Shown here: positions 1-10,076 of the stretch, piece by piece
Numbering within the stretch: the stretch's first letter is position 1
Layout: each line of letters begins with the position of its first letter
Source: an uncultured Planctomycetales bacterium
GTDB lineage: Bacteria; Omnitrophota; Gorgyraeia; Zapsychrales; JANLHA01
NCBI GenBank assembly: GCA_964474085.1
Contig: CAYYRJ010000013.1
Coordinates: forward strand, 797-64,796
Length of the DNA stretch: 64,000 bases
Direction of reading: 5' to 3'
Position numbers and translations under genes: made by a program
The notes under the pieces: generated by a model
Told to the model about the DNA's origin: nothing
The model's database searches: none
Seen by the model: only the letters and a program-made list of their open reading frames with translations

Positions 1-1
1 C

Positions 2-640
2 GGTTTAGCGGTACAGGATTTGCAGACGGACAATTGGCACGTGGACGTTGTTTGCAGCGCTTCGCACAAAGGACTGATGCTTTCTCCGGGAGTTGCGTTT
101 ATTTCTGTGTCGTCAAAGGCGGATCTTTTGCTGGCTGGTTCGACCATCCCGAAATATTATTTTGATATTCGCAAATTCAAAAAAGCTTGGGCCCAGGTCG
201 ATACGCCTTTTACGCCGTCGATTGGAATTGTGATTGCACTCGTCGAGAGTTTGAAAATGATCAAAGAAACTGGCATCGATAATATGTTTAGCCAATATGC
301 GCGTTTGGCGAAAGCGACGCGTGCGGCTGCTTTGGCCCTTGGGCTATCGCTTTTTGCCGACGAGAGCGCGATCTCCAATGTTTTAACCGCCATTCGGGTC
401 CCTGAGAATATCGACGGAGAAAAAGTCTTGAAGCTTATGCGCGACACGCACGGGATTTCGGTTGCTCCCGGCCAGGATGCCGTAAAAGGAAAAATTATTC
501 GCATTGCGCATATGGGTGTTATCGACGAGTATGATATCTTGACGGGCATTGCCTGTTTGGAAAAAGTTTTAAAGCAGTTAGGGCATAAATTTGAAATGGG
601 TGCCGGGGTTGCCGCGGCGCAAAAAGTTTTTAATCCATAA
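2..640 (+). CDS. class V PLP-dependent aminotransferase (AGXT/SerC-like), C-terminal part; gene starts upstream of window
   Basis: Frame is open from the window edge. SHKGLM PLP-lysine motif. Lies directly upstream of serA. Confidence 0.75.
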   Translation, partial: GLAVQDLQTDNWHVDVVCSASHKGLMLSPGVAFISVSSKADLLLAGSTIPKYYFDIRKFKKAWAQVDTPFTPSIGIVIALVESLKMIKETGIDNMFSQYARLAKATRAAALALGLSLFADESAISNVLTAIRVPENIDGEKVLKLMRDTHGISVAPGQDAVKGKIIRIAHMGVIDEYDILTGIACLEKVLKQLGHKFEMGAGVAAAQKVFNP

Positions 641-757
641 TGTCATTGCGAGCGAAGCCGAAGGCGAGCGAAGTAATCTCTGCAAGATGAATTTTTGGGA
701 TTGCCGCGTCACTCGCCCTGATGGGCTCGTTCCTCGCAATGACGGTATCAGGAGTCT
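641..757. repeat. MITE-like GC-rich palindromic element (GTCATTGCGAG...CTCGCAATGAC family)
   Basis: Terminal inverted repeats gtcattgcgag/ctcgcaatgac. Internal hairpins. Intergenic between the aminotransferase gene and serA. Confidence 0.55.
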
Positions 758-760
758 ATT

Positions 761-2344
761 ATGAAAATTCTAGTCAGCGATAAACTCGCTAATGAAGGAA
801 TGGAAATTTTAAAGGCGGTCAAAGAATTTCAGGTGGATCTTAAGACCGGCCTTAAGCCCGAAGAATTAAAAGCTATCATCAAGGACTATGATGCGCTGAT
901 CGTGCGCAGCGAGACTAAAGTGACCGCCGAGATTCTTGAAGCTGCAGATAAACTCAAAGTCATCGGCCGCGCAGGTGTCGGGTTGGACAATGTGGATTTG
1001 GCGGCGGCCACCAAAAAAGGCGTTGTGGCGATGAATACCCCGGCCGGCAATACGACCTCAACGGCCGAACACACGATGAGTTTGATTTTAGCTTTGTCGC
1101 GCAACATTCCTCAAGCATGTGCAACGATGAAAGCTGGACGATGGGACCGTTCAAAATTTGGTGGTGTGGAACTTTACGGCAAAACTTTAGGTATTGTGGG
1201 GCTTGGCCGTATTGGTGCGACCGTTGCCAGTTTTGCAAAAAGTTTTGGAATGAAGATCATGGCCTTTGATCCGTTTTTATCTAAAGAAGTTGCCGACAAG
1301 CTCGGTGTTAAGGTTGTGGAGCTGGAAACTTTGATTAAGGAAAGCGATTATATCACTGTGCACATTCCCAAAAATGATGAGACGACAGATCTTATTTCTG
1401 ATAAAGAATTTGCGATGATGAAAAAGACGGTGCGTGTCATTAATTGTGCACGCGGCGGGATTATCAATGAAGCGGCGCTGGCCAAGGCTTTGGAAGAAAA
1501 ACGGATTGCCGGATGTGCCTTGGACGTTTTTGATGTTGAGCCGCTGCCGTCGGATAGCCCTCTGTTAAAATTTGATAATTGTATCACGACCCCGCATTTG
1601 GGCGCGTCGACCTCCGAAGCTCAGATTAATGTCGCTATCGAAATTGCCGAAACGGTTAAAAACGCGCTATTAGGTCATGGGATTATGAATGCGGCGAATT
1701 TTCCGTCGTTAAGTGGGGAAGCGTATAAAGTTTTAGCGCCGTATATTGATTTGGCCGAGCGTATCGGAAAGTTTGCCGGACAGTTGATCAATGGTCGTTT
1801 GAGCGGGATTAAGGTCACTTATAGCGGAGTTGTCACAGAATACAAATCTGCGCCGATGACGCTTTCTTTGGTCAAAGGATTGTTACTGCCAATTTTAGGC
1901 GAGACGGTCAATTCGATTAATGCGATTGATGTCGCACGTGAACGTGGCATTAATGTCGTCGAAGTTCAGTCGAATGCGAAAGAAGAGTTTGTTAATCTTG
2001 TTAATGTTGAAATCACGACCGACAAAGAAACCTTTACCGTTTGGGGAACGCTTTCGGCCAATCAGCAGCCGCGCATTGTTCGGGTCAATCAGGTTTATGT
2101 CGAGGCGATCCCCAAGGGGTATATGCTTTTTATTAATAATAATGACAAGCCGGGCATTGTTGGTGGTGTTGGGATGATTCTCTCTGAGAGTAATGTCAAT
2201 ATCGCCAGTATCACTTTAGGGCGTGAAGCGGCTGACAAGTTGGCCATTAGTGTTGTCAATGTCGACAGTGAAGTTTCTCCGGTCGTAATTGAAAAAATTA
2301 AAAAAATGCCTAACATTTTATTCGTGAAGCTCATTAAGGTCTAA
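761..2344 (+). CDS. serA: D-3-phosphoglycerate dehydrogenase
   Basis: 527 aa. 2-hydroxyacid dehydrogenase fold with GLGRIG NAD motif. C-terminal ACT-like domain. Confidence 0.9.
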   Translation: MKILVSDKLANEGMEILKAVKEFQVDLKTGLKPEELKAIIKDYDALIVRSETKVTAEILEAADKLKVIGRAGVGLDNVDLAAATKKGVVAMNTPAGNTTSTAEHTMSLILALSRNIPQACATMKAGRWDRSKFGGVELYGKTLGIVGLGRIGATVASFAKSFGMKIMAFDPFLSKEVADKLGVKVVELETLIKESDYITVHIPKNDETTDLISDKEFAMMKKTVRVINCARGGIINEAALAKALEEKRIAGCALDVFDVEPLPSDSPLLKFDNCITTPHLGASTSEAQINVAIEIAETVKNALLGHGIMNAANFPSLSGEAYKVLAPYIDLAERIGKFAGQLINGRLSGIKVTYSGVVTEYKSAPMTLSLVKGLLLPILGETVNSINAIDVARERGINVVEVQSNAKEEFVNLVNVEITTDKETFTVWGTLSANQQPRIVRVNQVYVEAIPKGYMLFINNNDKPGIVGGVGMILSESNVNIASITLGREAADKLAISVVNVDSEVSPVVIEKIKKMPNILFVKLIKV

Positions 2345-2354
2345 GGAAACCACT

Positions 2355-3653
2355 ATGCCCAAAAATAAAAACAAAGCAATAAATCTCGTCGTCGTTGGTG
2401 CGCAATGGGGAGATGAAGGCAAGGGAAAGCTTATTGATTTTCTTTCGCAAGATGTAGACATTACTGCACGCTACCAGGGCGGCAATAATGCTGGGCATAC
2501 GGTTGTTGTGGGGGACAAAGAATACGTTTTTCATCTTCTGCCGTCGGCAATTTTGCATAAGAAAAAGATTTGTGTCATCGGAAACGGCGTCGTCGTTGAT
2601 CCGAAGGCTCTTCTTGGAGAGATTGAGGAGCTTAAAGAAAAAGGTATTGATGTCAGTCCAAACCAGCTAAAGGTTTCGGGACATTGCCATATCGTGATGC
2701 CGTATCATCGTATTCTTGACGGACTGCGCGAATCGGTTCGAAAAAATAAAATTGGCACAACCGGCCGCGGGATTGGTCCCTGTTATTCGGACAAGGTCGC
2801 CCGCTGCGGCATACGGATGATTGATCTTTTAAATCCGGCGATCTTAAAAGCGAAGCTGGAAGACAATTTGACCGAAAAAAATGAAATTTTTAGCAAGGTT
2901 TTTAAGCAGAAAGATTTTAAATTTGATGCGCTTTATAACGAATATCTTGAGTACGGACAAATGCTTAAAGAGTATGTGTGTGATACAGCGCTTTATTTAA
3001 ATCGTGCGATTGACAAGAAAAAAACAGTACTTTTCGAGGGTGCGCAGGGAACGTTTTTGGATATTGATTTTGGAACGTATCCGTTTGTGACCTCCTCGAG
3101 CACGATTGCCGGCGGAGTTTGTTCGGGTAGCGGGGTTGCTCCGACAAAAATCGACAAAATTTTAGCGGCGGTCAAAGCGTATACGACGCGCGTGGGAGAA
3201 GGGCCTTTTCCGACGGAGTTCTCGGACAGCTTGGAACAGGAAATCCGTGCTAAAGGCAAGGAGTTTGGGGCGACAACCGGCCGGCCTCGACGCTGCGGGT
3301 GGTTTGATAGTGTTTTGGTCAACTATTCGGTCATGGTCAACGGGATTTCAGAGTTGGCGATTATGAAATTGGATGTTTTAGATGACTTAAAAGAAATAAA
3401 AATTTGTACTGCCTATGAGTATCAGGGAAAGCGGTTTAAAGATTTTCCCATGGACTTCGAAGTTTTAAGCAAAGCAACGCCCGTGTATGAAACGATGTCA
3501 GGCTGGAGTGCACAGACGCGTGGCGTTACGCAGTTTAAGAAATTGCCGCTTAATGCCCAGAGGTATATTAAACGTTTGGAAAAACTCCTGGGTGTCCCAA
3601 TTCGTTATGTTTCAACTGGTTCTAAACGCAGCGAAACAATTATCCGATATTAA
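2355..3653 (+). CDS. purA: adenylosuccinate synthetase
   Basis: 432 aa. QWGDEGKGK P-loop. GHTVV and TTGRGIGP motifs. Confidence 0.95.
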   Translation: MPKNKNKAINLVVVGAQWGDEGKGKLIDFLSQDVDITARYQGGNNAGHTVVVGDKEYVFHLLPSAILHKKKICVIGNGVVVDPKALLGEIEELKEKGIDVSPNQLKVSGHCHIVMPYHRILDGLRESVRKNKIGTTGRGIGPCYSDKVARCGIRMIDLLNPAILKAKLEDNLTEKNEIFSKVFKQKDFKFDALYNEYLEYGQMLKEYVCDTALYLNRAIDKKKTVLFEGAQGTFLDIDFGTYPFVTSSSTIAGGVCSGSGVAPTKIDKILAAVKAYTTRVGEGPFPTEFSDSLEQEIRAKGKEFGATTGRPRRCGWFDSVLVNYSVMVNGISELAIMKLDVLDDLKEIKICTAYEYQGKRFKDFPMDFEVLSKATPVYETMSGWSAQTRGVTQFKKLPLNAQRYIKRLEKLLGVPIRYVSTGSKRSETIIRY

Positions 3654-3681
3654 TCGGAGGATAGAATTTTGGTTTATCAAC

Positions 3682-3710
3682 TTGACTTTAAAAAATAGCT
3701 ATGTTAATTT
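3682..3710 (+). promoter_or_regulatory. sigma70-type promoter for the OmpA-like gene
   Basis: TTGACT, then a 17-nt spacer, then TAATTT. Confidence 0.5.
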
Positions 3711-3736
3711 GAGACAAACTTAAAGGAGGAAACACG

Positions 3737-4399
3737 ATGCGAAATTTGAAAAATTTATTCCCATCCGCTTTATTGATCACTTTGGTAGCATTTACGCTTA
3801 CGGGTTGCTCGGTTATTTTTCAGAGCGGTCGTCGGCAGGATATTGAAAAGATTGCCAGTCTTCAAGATGAAAATCAACGTTTAGCCAATGAAAAATCCGA
3901 GTTAGAAAGAGCCAAAAACGAATTAGAGAGCCGGCTTCGCGGGGAGATTAATAGTGATCAGGTAAAAGTTGAAATGGGCGACCGCGGGCTAGTTATCACG
4001 TTTTTAGCTGAAGTTCTTTTTGATTCTGGAAAAGCAAAACTCAAAGAGGCGTCATTAGAAACATTGTCAAAAGTAGCGAATGTTCTTAACACTACTGTCA
4101 AGGATCTTAACGTCGGTATTGAAGGTCATACTGATAATGTGCCGATTACAAAATCAAATTGGAAATCAAATTGGGAACTCTCTGCGGCACGCGCTTTGAG
4201 CGTTCTTCACTATATGGTGGGTGATCAGGGGATTGATCCAAACCGCCTTTCTGCGACGGGTTATGGTGAATACCGGCCAGTTGCGGACAACAGTACTTCG
4301 CAGGGACGTCAAGAAAATCGTCGGGTTGAGATCGTGATTATTCCCAAAACGGTTAAGCAGCCGGCTGCGGCATCTGTGCAAGCCGAAAATTTGAAATAG
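3737..4399 (+). CDS. OmpA/MotB-family lipoprotein with coiled-coil segment
   Basis: Signal peptide with lipobox LTGC. Coiled-coil region. C-terminal OmpA peptidoglycan-binding domain (NRRVEIVII). Confidence 0.8.
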   Translation: MRNLKNLFPSALLITLVAFTLTGCSVIFQSGRRQDIEKIASLQDENQRLANEKSELERAKNELESRLRGEINSDQVKVEMGDRGLVITFLAEVLFDSGKAKLKEASLETLSKVANVLNTTVKDLNVGIEGHTDNVPITKSNWKSNWELSAARALSVLHYMVGDQGIDPNRLSATGYGEYRPVADNSTSQGRQENRRVEIVIIPKTVKQPAAASVQAENLK

Positions 4400-4426
4400 T
4401 TTTTCTCTTGTGGCAGGGATAAATTT

Positions 4427-4834
4427 TTGAATAAGAAAATTCTTCTCCCCAGTATTCTTGGCATTGTCGTCCTAGCTTGTGCGATTGCGATCAATGCGAA
4501 CTTTGGGGCTATGAAGCAGAATATTCGCCTTGAACAATATAATCGTCTGGAAGCTGAACGTAAACTGGACACTGCGATAAAAAATTCGCAACGTTTGGAC
4601 GAACAACTTAAAGAAGCCAAACGAAAACTTCAAGGAATTCAAAATCTTGTTAATGAAGGTGAGTCGACCGCAAATCAATTGAAATCAACGGTTGAAGCAA
4701 CTTCAAAAGAAAATGAAGATTTGAAGCAGGCTGTAAAGAAGTTGCAGGAAGATTTGGCGGCTAGCCAAAAATTAGTCGCAGAGCGTCAGGTTGCAGCAGC
4801 GCCTGTAGCACCACCTCCAGTGGCCGCCAATTGA
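4427..4834 (+). CDS. membrane-anchored coiled-coil protein, unknown function
   Basis: N-terminal transmembrane helix. Heptad-rich coiled coil. Ala/Pro-rich tail. Confidence 0.5.
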   Translation: MNKKILLPSILGIVVLACAIAINANFGAMKQNIRLEQYNRLEAERKLDTAIKNSQRLDEQLKEAKRKLQGIQNLVNEGESTANQLKSTVEATSKENEDLKQAVKKLQEDLAASQKLVAERQVAAAPVAPPPVAAN

Positions 4835-4882
4835 TGTGTCGGATTAGGATGTAAATTCAAAGGATTTAGTAGGGTTTAACCA

Positions 4883-4912
4883 ATGGGGGATTTTAATCCC
4901 CCATTTATTTTG
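4883..4912 (+). terminator. rho-independent terminator after the coiled-coil gene
   Basis: aatggggga-ttttaa-tcccccatt followed by tattttg. Confidence 0.6.
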
Positions 4913-4921
4913 TAGAGACGT

Positions 4922-5656
4922 ATGTCGACAAATTCGCTGCCAGAACATGTTGCAATTATTATGGACGGAAATGGCCGTTGGGCGAAGGTACGTGGGTTCC
5001 CGCGTTTTCAGGGGCATTGGGCGGGCGTTGACCGTGTTGAGGAAATTGCGCATACAGCCAATGATATGGGCATCAAGTATGTTACGCTTTTTACTTTCTC
5101 GACGGAGAATTGGCGGCGACCACAGGATGAAGTTTCGATGCTGATGAAAACGGTCTGCACGGTTTTAGAGACGCGCATTGAAAAGTTACTTAAGGTTAAT
5201 ATTCGTGTGATGTTCATTGGCAAGCGGGAAGGGTTATCAAAAGAAGTAGTCAGTAGCATTGATAAAGCTATTGCGCTAACTTCAAAAAATACCGGGCTGA
5301 CCCTTAATTTAGCTTTCAATTATGGCGGACGAGTTGAGATTTTAGATGCGGCACGCAAAATTGCCTCCGACGTCAAAAACGGAACTTTAAATCTTGAGGA
5401 TATCAACGAAGAGAGTTTTTCGCAGGCGCTTTATACTTCCCAAATTCCCGATCCGGACTTGCTTATAAGAACGTCAGGGGAGAAAAGGATTAGCAATTTT
5501 TTATTGTGGCAATTGGCTTACGCTGAGATGTACTTTACAGAAAAATTCTGGCCGGATTTTGGTGAAAAAGAATTCAAAAAAGCGATAGCCGATTATCAGA
5601 AGCGCGAACGACGTTTTGGAAAATCAACGGTGACCAATAAACCATCAACGATATGA
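4922..5656 (+). CDS. uppS: undecaprenyl-diphosphate synthase (isoprenyl transferase)
   Basis: IIMDGNGRWA motif. FSTENWRRP motif. Confidence 0.95.
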   Translation: MSTNSLPEHVAIIMDGNGRWAKVRGFPRFQGHWAGVDRVEEIAHTANDMGIKYVTLFTFSTENWRRPQDEVSMLMKTVCTVLETRIEKLLKVNIRVMFIGKREGLSKEVVSSIDKAIALTSKNTGLTLNLAFNYGGRVEILDAARKIASDVKNGTLNLEDINEESFSQALYTSQIPDPDLLIRTSGEKRISNFLLWQLAYAEMYFTEKFWPDFGEKEFKKAIADYQKRERRFGKSTVTNKPSTI

Positions 5657-6471
5657 CAAAAAAGCGTGTTATTAGTTCAGCATTGATGATCGGCTTGACT
5701 GCGGCAGCTGTGATTAATTCATGGGTATTTTTGTTCATGGTTTTAGGTTTAACCATCGGAGGGCTTTACGAATTTTTTCATATGATCAAGCGAAAAGGAA
5801 TCCCGATTTATAGCTATTTTGGGATTTTTATCGGTTGTTTGATTCCGTTGACGATTTATAGTCGTTTTGAATTGACGCGCAATTGGGAATTTCTGTTTAT
5901 TGTTTTGGCGTTTTTAACGATTTTGCTTTTTCAATTTGCGCGCAACGACAATAGCAACGCGATTGTCGGGATTTCAACGACGATGTTCGGTGTATTTTAT
6001 GTCTCGTGGTTGTTTTCGTTTTTAATACGTGTTCGTTTTTTATTGCCTGGGTTTGAAGGAGTAAAACTTGCTTGTTTTATTGTTATTCTGACAAAGGTTG
6101 GGGATATTGGGGCTTTGTTAGTCGGAAGTTTGTGGGGCAAGCATCCGCTTTTTCCGCGTGTCAGTCCCAACAAGTCGATTGAAGGGTGTATTGGCAGTTT
6201 TACTTTTAGCATTGCGGCTGCTGTTTTATGTTATTCCTTATTGCCAGAAGGTTTGTTGCCGCTTTGGAAAGTTGCTCTTATGGGTGCTTTTTTTGGAGCG
6301 ATGGGACAATTGGGTGATATTTGTGAGTCTCTGATCAAGCGCGATTGCAACATGAAAGATTCGGGAAAGTTTTTGCCGGGCTTAGGCGGGGTTTTGGATA
6401 TTATTGATAGTTTGCTTTTTTCGGTGCCGCTATTTTATTTGTATATGAGTTCTATTCTTCGAATGATGTAA
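5653..6471 (+). CDS. cdsA: phosphatidate cytidylyltransferase
   Basis: Polytopic membrane protein. C-terminal CTP-transferase signature (SLIKRDCNMKDSGKFLPGLGGVLDIIDS). Confidence 0.9.
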   Translation: MTKKRVISSALMIGLTAAAVINSWVFLFMVLGLTIGGLYEFFHMIKRKGIPIYSYFGIFIGCLIPLTIYSRFELTRNWEFLFIVLAFLTILLFQFARNDNSNAIVGISTTMFGVFYVSWLFSFLIRVRFLLPGFEGVKLACFIVILTKVGDIGALLVGSLWGKHPLFPRVSPNKSIEGCIGSFTFSIAAAVLCYSLLPEGLLPLWKVALMGAFFGAMGQLGDICESLIKRDCNMKDSGKFLPGLGGVLDIIDSLLFSVPLFYLYMSSILRMM

Positions 6472-6472
6472 A

Positions 6473-7651
6473 TTGGGCATGAGGACATCTAAGAAAAAAG
6501 TTGTTATTTTGGGATCGACCGGTTCGATCGGCATTAATGCGTTAAAGGTCATCAGTCGTTTTCCACAACGCTTTGAAGTTTTGGGTTTGTCGGCCGGAAA
6601 TAATTGGAAATTGTTAGCTTCCCAAGCCAAAGCTTTTTTGCCGAAATATGTCGCGGTCAATCCGGGACACATTTCGGATTTGAAAGTCGCATTGACAGGC
6701 CGTAAAGTCAAAGTTTTGGATGCTCTCGTTGATCTTTCATTCTTGGCGGCATTGCCGGATGCTGATATTGTTGTTTTGGCGGTCAGCGGACGCTGTGCGT
6801 TAGAACCGTTTTTATGCGCGGCAATTGCCGGCAAGCAGATCGCGCCGGCCAATAAAGAAGCGCTGGTCATCGCCGGTGAAATGATTATGGCGGCGGCTTC
6901 TAAGTCTGGGGCGCGGATCATTCCTGTCGATAGTGAACAAAGTGCTATTTTTCAATGTTTAGAAAACAGGAACAAATCAGAGCTTTCCAAGATTTATCTG
7001 ACGGCCTCCGGCGGGGCGCTTTATGATACGCCGAGCAAAGATTTTGATTCTTTGACTATTGGCGATATTCTTAATCATCCGCGCTGGCAAATGGGAAAAA
7101 AGATTACCGTCGACTCGGCAAGCTTGATGAATAAAGGTTTTGAAGTCATTGAAGCGCAACGGCTCTTTGATGTTGCGTTAAACAAGATTGAAGTCGTTAT
7201 TCATCCGCAGGCGATTATTCATTCGATGGTCGGCTTTGTCGATGGCTGTGTTTTAGCCCAATTAGGCGTAACGGATATGCGGCTGCCGATTCAATATGCG
7301 CTGACGTTTCCGCAGCGTTTAGAAAGTGGATTGCCGCCGCTGGATTTTGTTCAATTAGGACAATTGACTTTTGCAAAACCGGATTTTAAAAAATTTCCGT
7401 GTTTGGACTTGGCATTGCACGCGGCGCATCAGGCGGGAACAATGCCGACGGTGTTAAACGCGGCGGACGAAGAAGCGGTTGATGCGTTTTTAGCGGGTCA
7501 AATCCGTTTTACGGAAATATTTAGAGTGGTTGAAAAAACAGTTTTGGCACACAAAAATCAAAAGCGAATCACTTTAAAAGCGATTTGCCAAACCGATGCC
7601 TGGGCACGGATAAAAGCCAGGGAACTGATCAATAAAATCAAAGCGACATAA
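6473..7651 (+). CDS. dxr: 1-deoxy-D-xylulose 5-phosphate reductoisomerase
   Basis: ILGSTGSIG NADPH-binding motif. Classic uppS-cdsA-dxr-rseP gene order. Confidence 0.95.
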   Translation: MGMRTSKKKVVILGSTGSIGINALKVISRFPQRFEVLGLSAGNNWKLLASQAKAFLPKYVAVNPGHISDLKVALTGRKVKVLDALVDLSFLAALPDADIVVLAVSGRCALEPFLCAAIAGKQIAPANKEALVIAGEMIMAAASKSGARIIPVDSEQSAIFQCLENRNKSELSKIYLTASGGALYDTPSKDFDSLTIGDILNHPRWQMGKKITVDSASLMNKGFEVIEAQRLFDVALNKIEVVIHPQAIIHSMVGFVDGCVLAQLGVTDMRLPIQYALTFPQRLESGLPPLDFVQLGQLTFAKPDFKKFPCLDLALHAAHQAGTMPTVLNAADEEAVDAFLAGQIRFTEIFRVVEKTVLAHKNQKRITLKAICQTDAWARIKARELINKIKAT

Positions 7652-7665
7652 CAAAAAGAGGTTTT

Positions 7666-8757
7666 ATGAGCTTGATAATTTTTCTAGTTGTTCTTGGGAT
7701 CCTGATCATTGTGCATGAGTGGGGACATTATATCGCCGCGCGAAAGCTTGGGATTAGCGTCGAGCAATTTTCGGTTGGGTTTGGTCCAAAGCTTTTTTCA
7801 TGGAAAGCTGATGGAACCGAATTTATGGTTTGCGCTGTTCCGTTAGGCGGATTTGTAAAGCTCTCCGGCGATGACCGTACAAAACTCAAAGGCGCTAAGG
7901 ACGAATTTTATTCGCATCCTGTCGGCCATCGCGCTTTGGTCATTGTGATGGGGCCGGTGATTAATATTGTTTTTGCGTATTTTTGTTTTTATGTTGTTTT
8001 TATGACGGGTTTTCCCGTAACCTCTGCGCGTGTTGCAGAAGTCATGTCCGATTATCCGGCACAGCAAGCCGGATTAGCCGTTGGGGATTTAGTCTTGCAG
8101 ATTGACCAAAAGAAAATTGCAAGCTGGGAAGATTTGCAAGAGTATGTTTCAACTTCAGATGGGCATCCTCTGCATTTTAAGATTCAACGCGGGGGACAAG
8201 AGATTGATAAAGTCATTTCGCCAAAAATAAACGAAGTGAAAAATATTTTTGGACAGCAACAAAAAATTAATATTGTTGGGATTCGTCCCGGCAATGATCC
8301 TAAAGAGGACGTTTTGCTTTTGCGTTTTGGCCCAATTGAGTCGTTGGGTAAGGCTGGATTAGAAATTTATAAATTGACCACGCTAACTTTTAAAGGCCTT
8401 TATCATGTGATTATCGGCTCTTTACCGGCCAAAGATGCTTTTGCCGGACCGATTCGGATTTTTGACATTATTAGTATCGCCGCCGAACGGGGATTCACGC
8501 ATTTGCTTCTGATTATGGGAATTATCAGTGCTAATCTTGCGATCTTTAATCTTTTTCCGGTGCCTGTCCTCGACGGAGGGCATTTATTGTTTTTGGGAAT
8601 AGAAAAATTGCGCAAGCGAGCTTTGTCGCTTAAATTTGAAGAAAATTTAACGAAAGTTGGCTTGGGGCTTTTGTTGACATTAATGGTTTTTGTAATTTTT
8701 AATGACATCAGTTCGATGGGTTGGCTGGAAAAAGTTCAAAAATTATTTCATCGATAG
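7666..8757 (+). CDS. rseP: RIP zinc metalloprotease (site-2 protease)
   Basis: HEWGHY zinc motif. PDZ domain. C-terminal LDG motif (FPVPVLDGGH). Confidence 0.9.
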   Translation: MSLIIFLVVLGILIIVHEWGHYIAARKLGISVEQFSVGFGPKLFSWKADGTEFMVCAVPLGGFVKLSGDDRTKLKGAKDEFYSHPVGHRALVIVMGPVINIVFAYFCFYVVFMTGFPVTSARVAEVMSDYPAQQAGLAVGDLVLQIDQKKIASWEDLQEYVSTSDGHPLHFKIQRGGQEIDKVISPKINEVKNIFGQQQKINIVGIRPGNDPKEDVLLLRFGPIESLGKAGLEIYKLTTLTFKGLYHVIIGSLPAKDAFAGPIRIFDIISIAAERGFTHLLLIMGIISANLAIFNLFPVPVLDGGHLLFLGIEKLRKRALSLKFEENLTKVGLGLLLTLMVFVIFNDISSMGWLEKVQKLFHR

Positions 8758-8790
8758 TTTTTAAGCGCATCGGCGAAAGGAAGGGACCCC

Positions 8791-10074
8791 ATGGAGTTAG
8801 AGTACAGTGACCTTAAGCAGATTGTTCATCAGTACTTGATCAAAAAAACGGATTTTTTAAAGATCAAAGACAACATGAACGATGACCAACTGCGTGTGTT
8901 TGTCGATAAAGCGCTGACAAACCTTTGCGCCGAGGATCATATTGATTTACCGACATCGACGAGGATTTTGCTTATTCGCGAGCTGGTCAGCGCTGTGGTA
9001 AGTTTAGGGCCCTTGCGACCGCTCATTGAAGACAAGACGATCACCGAAATTATGATCAATGGGGCTAATGCCGTTTATATTCAGAGAGAAGGAAAAATCA
9101 CATTAACGGACGTCAAGTTTAATTCCAATGAACAGTTGCTCCACACGATTCAAAAGGTCTTGGCCGGTTCTGGTTCAAATCGCCGTGTAGACGAATCTTC
9201 GCCGTATGTTGACTTTTCACTTGCTGACGGATCGCGTGTCAATGTCCTTTTACCGCCGTGTTCTTTGATTGGGCCGGTTATGACAATCCGTAAATTTGCT
9301 GATGTTCATACGGTCGAAGATTTGGTTAATCACGGCACATTAAACAAAAAAATGGCCGCGTTTTTAGTCGCCGCGATGAAGGCCAAACTGAATATCGTTT
9401 TCTGCGGGGCGACGGGAACTGGTAAGACGACAACGTTAAATATCTTTTCGCATTACTTGCCGGAGGACGAACGGATTGTGACCATTGAGGACACCCCGGA
9501 GTTGCGTTTGCTGCAAAAGCATGTGGTGTCCTTGCAATCTAAGCCGGCCAATATTGAAGGCAAGGGGGCGATTACGATTCGTGATCTTTTCGTGAACTCT
9601 TTGCGTATGCGACCTGACCGGATTATTATTGGCGAAATTCGTTCCGGTGAAATGCTTGATTTAATTGAATCGATTGCCTCCGGACATTCAGGGTCACTGG
9701 CGATTGTCCACGCGGAATCCCCTGAGGATTGCGTTAATCGCATGGTCACGATGATGCTTATGACGGGGATTCGGTTAAGTACGCAGGTGATTACCAAACA
9801 AGTTGTGCGTGCCATCGATTTGCTTGTGCATATTGAGCTTTTTCCCGACGGAGTTCGACGGATTACGCACATGAGCGATTTTGTTTTTGATGAAAAAACA
9901 CAAGAGACAAAACTTGAACATATCTTTGAATTTGTACAGGACAAAATTGATGAAAATGGAAAAATTAGCGGGCATTGGATTATGCCGGGGCATAAACCGT
10001 CGTTTTATGGGAAATTCCTAAAAAGGCATGTCACTTTGCCGGAAGGGTTTTTTGAAACAAAATCAGGAGATTAA
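8791..10074 (+). CDS. CpaF/TadA-VirB11-family secretion ATPase (orphan)
   Basis: Walker A GATGTGKTT. RMRPDRIIIGEIRSGE motif. HAES His-box. No neighbouring tad or pilus genes. Confidence 0.8.
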   Translation: MELEYSDLKQIVHQYLIKKTDFLKIKDNMNDDQLRVFVDKALTNLCAEDHIDLPTSTRILLIRELVSAVVSLGPLRPLIEDKTITEIMINGANAVYIQREGKITLTDVKFNSNEQLLHTIQKVLAGSGSNRRVDESSPYVDFSLADGSRVNVLLPPCSLIGPVMTIRKFADVHTVEDLVNHGTLNKKMAAFLVAAMKAKLNIVFCGATGTGKTTTLNIFSHYLPEDERIVTIEDTPELRLLQKHVVSLQSKPANIEGKGAITIRDLFVNSLRMRPDRIIIGEIRSGEMLDLIESIASGHSGSLAIVHAESPEDCVNRMVTMMLMTGIRLSTQVITKQVVRAIDLLVHIELFPDGVRRITHMSDFVFDEKTQETKLEHIFEFVQDKIDENGKISGHWIMPGHKPSFYGKFLKRHVTLPEGFFETKSGD

Positions 10075-10076
10075 AA

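Noticed and set aside
6430-6921. 163-aa ORF on the minus strand overlapping dxr, plus similar minus-strand ORFs (for example 30037-30492 in polA and 36743-37141 in murA)
   Set aside because: They are fully nested antisense to strongly supported genes, with low-complexity composition and no RBS. This is typical antisense ORF noise in a moderately GC-rich genome.
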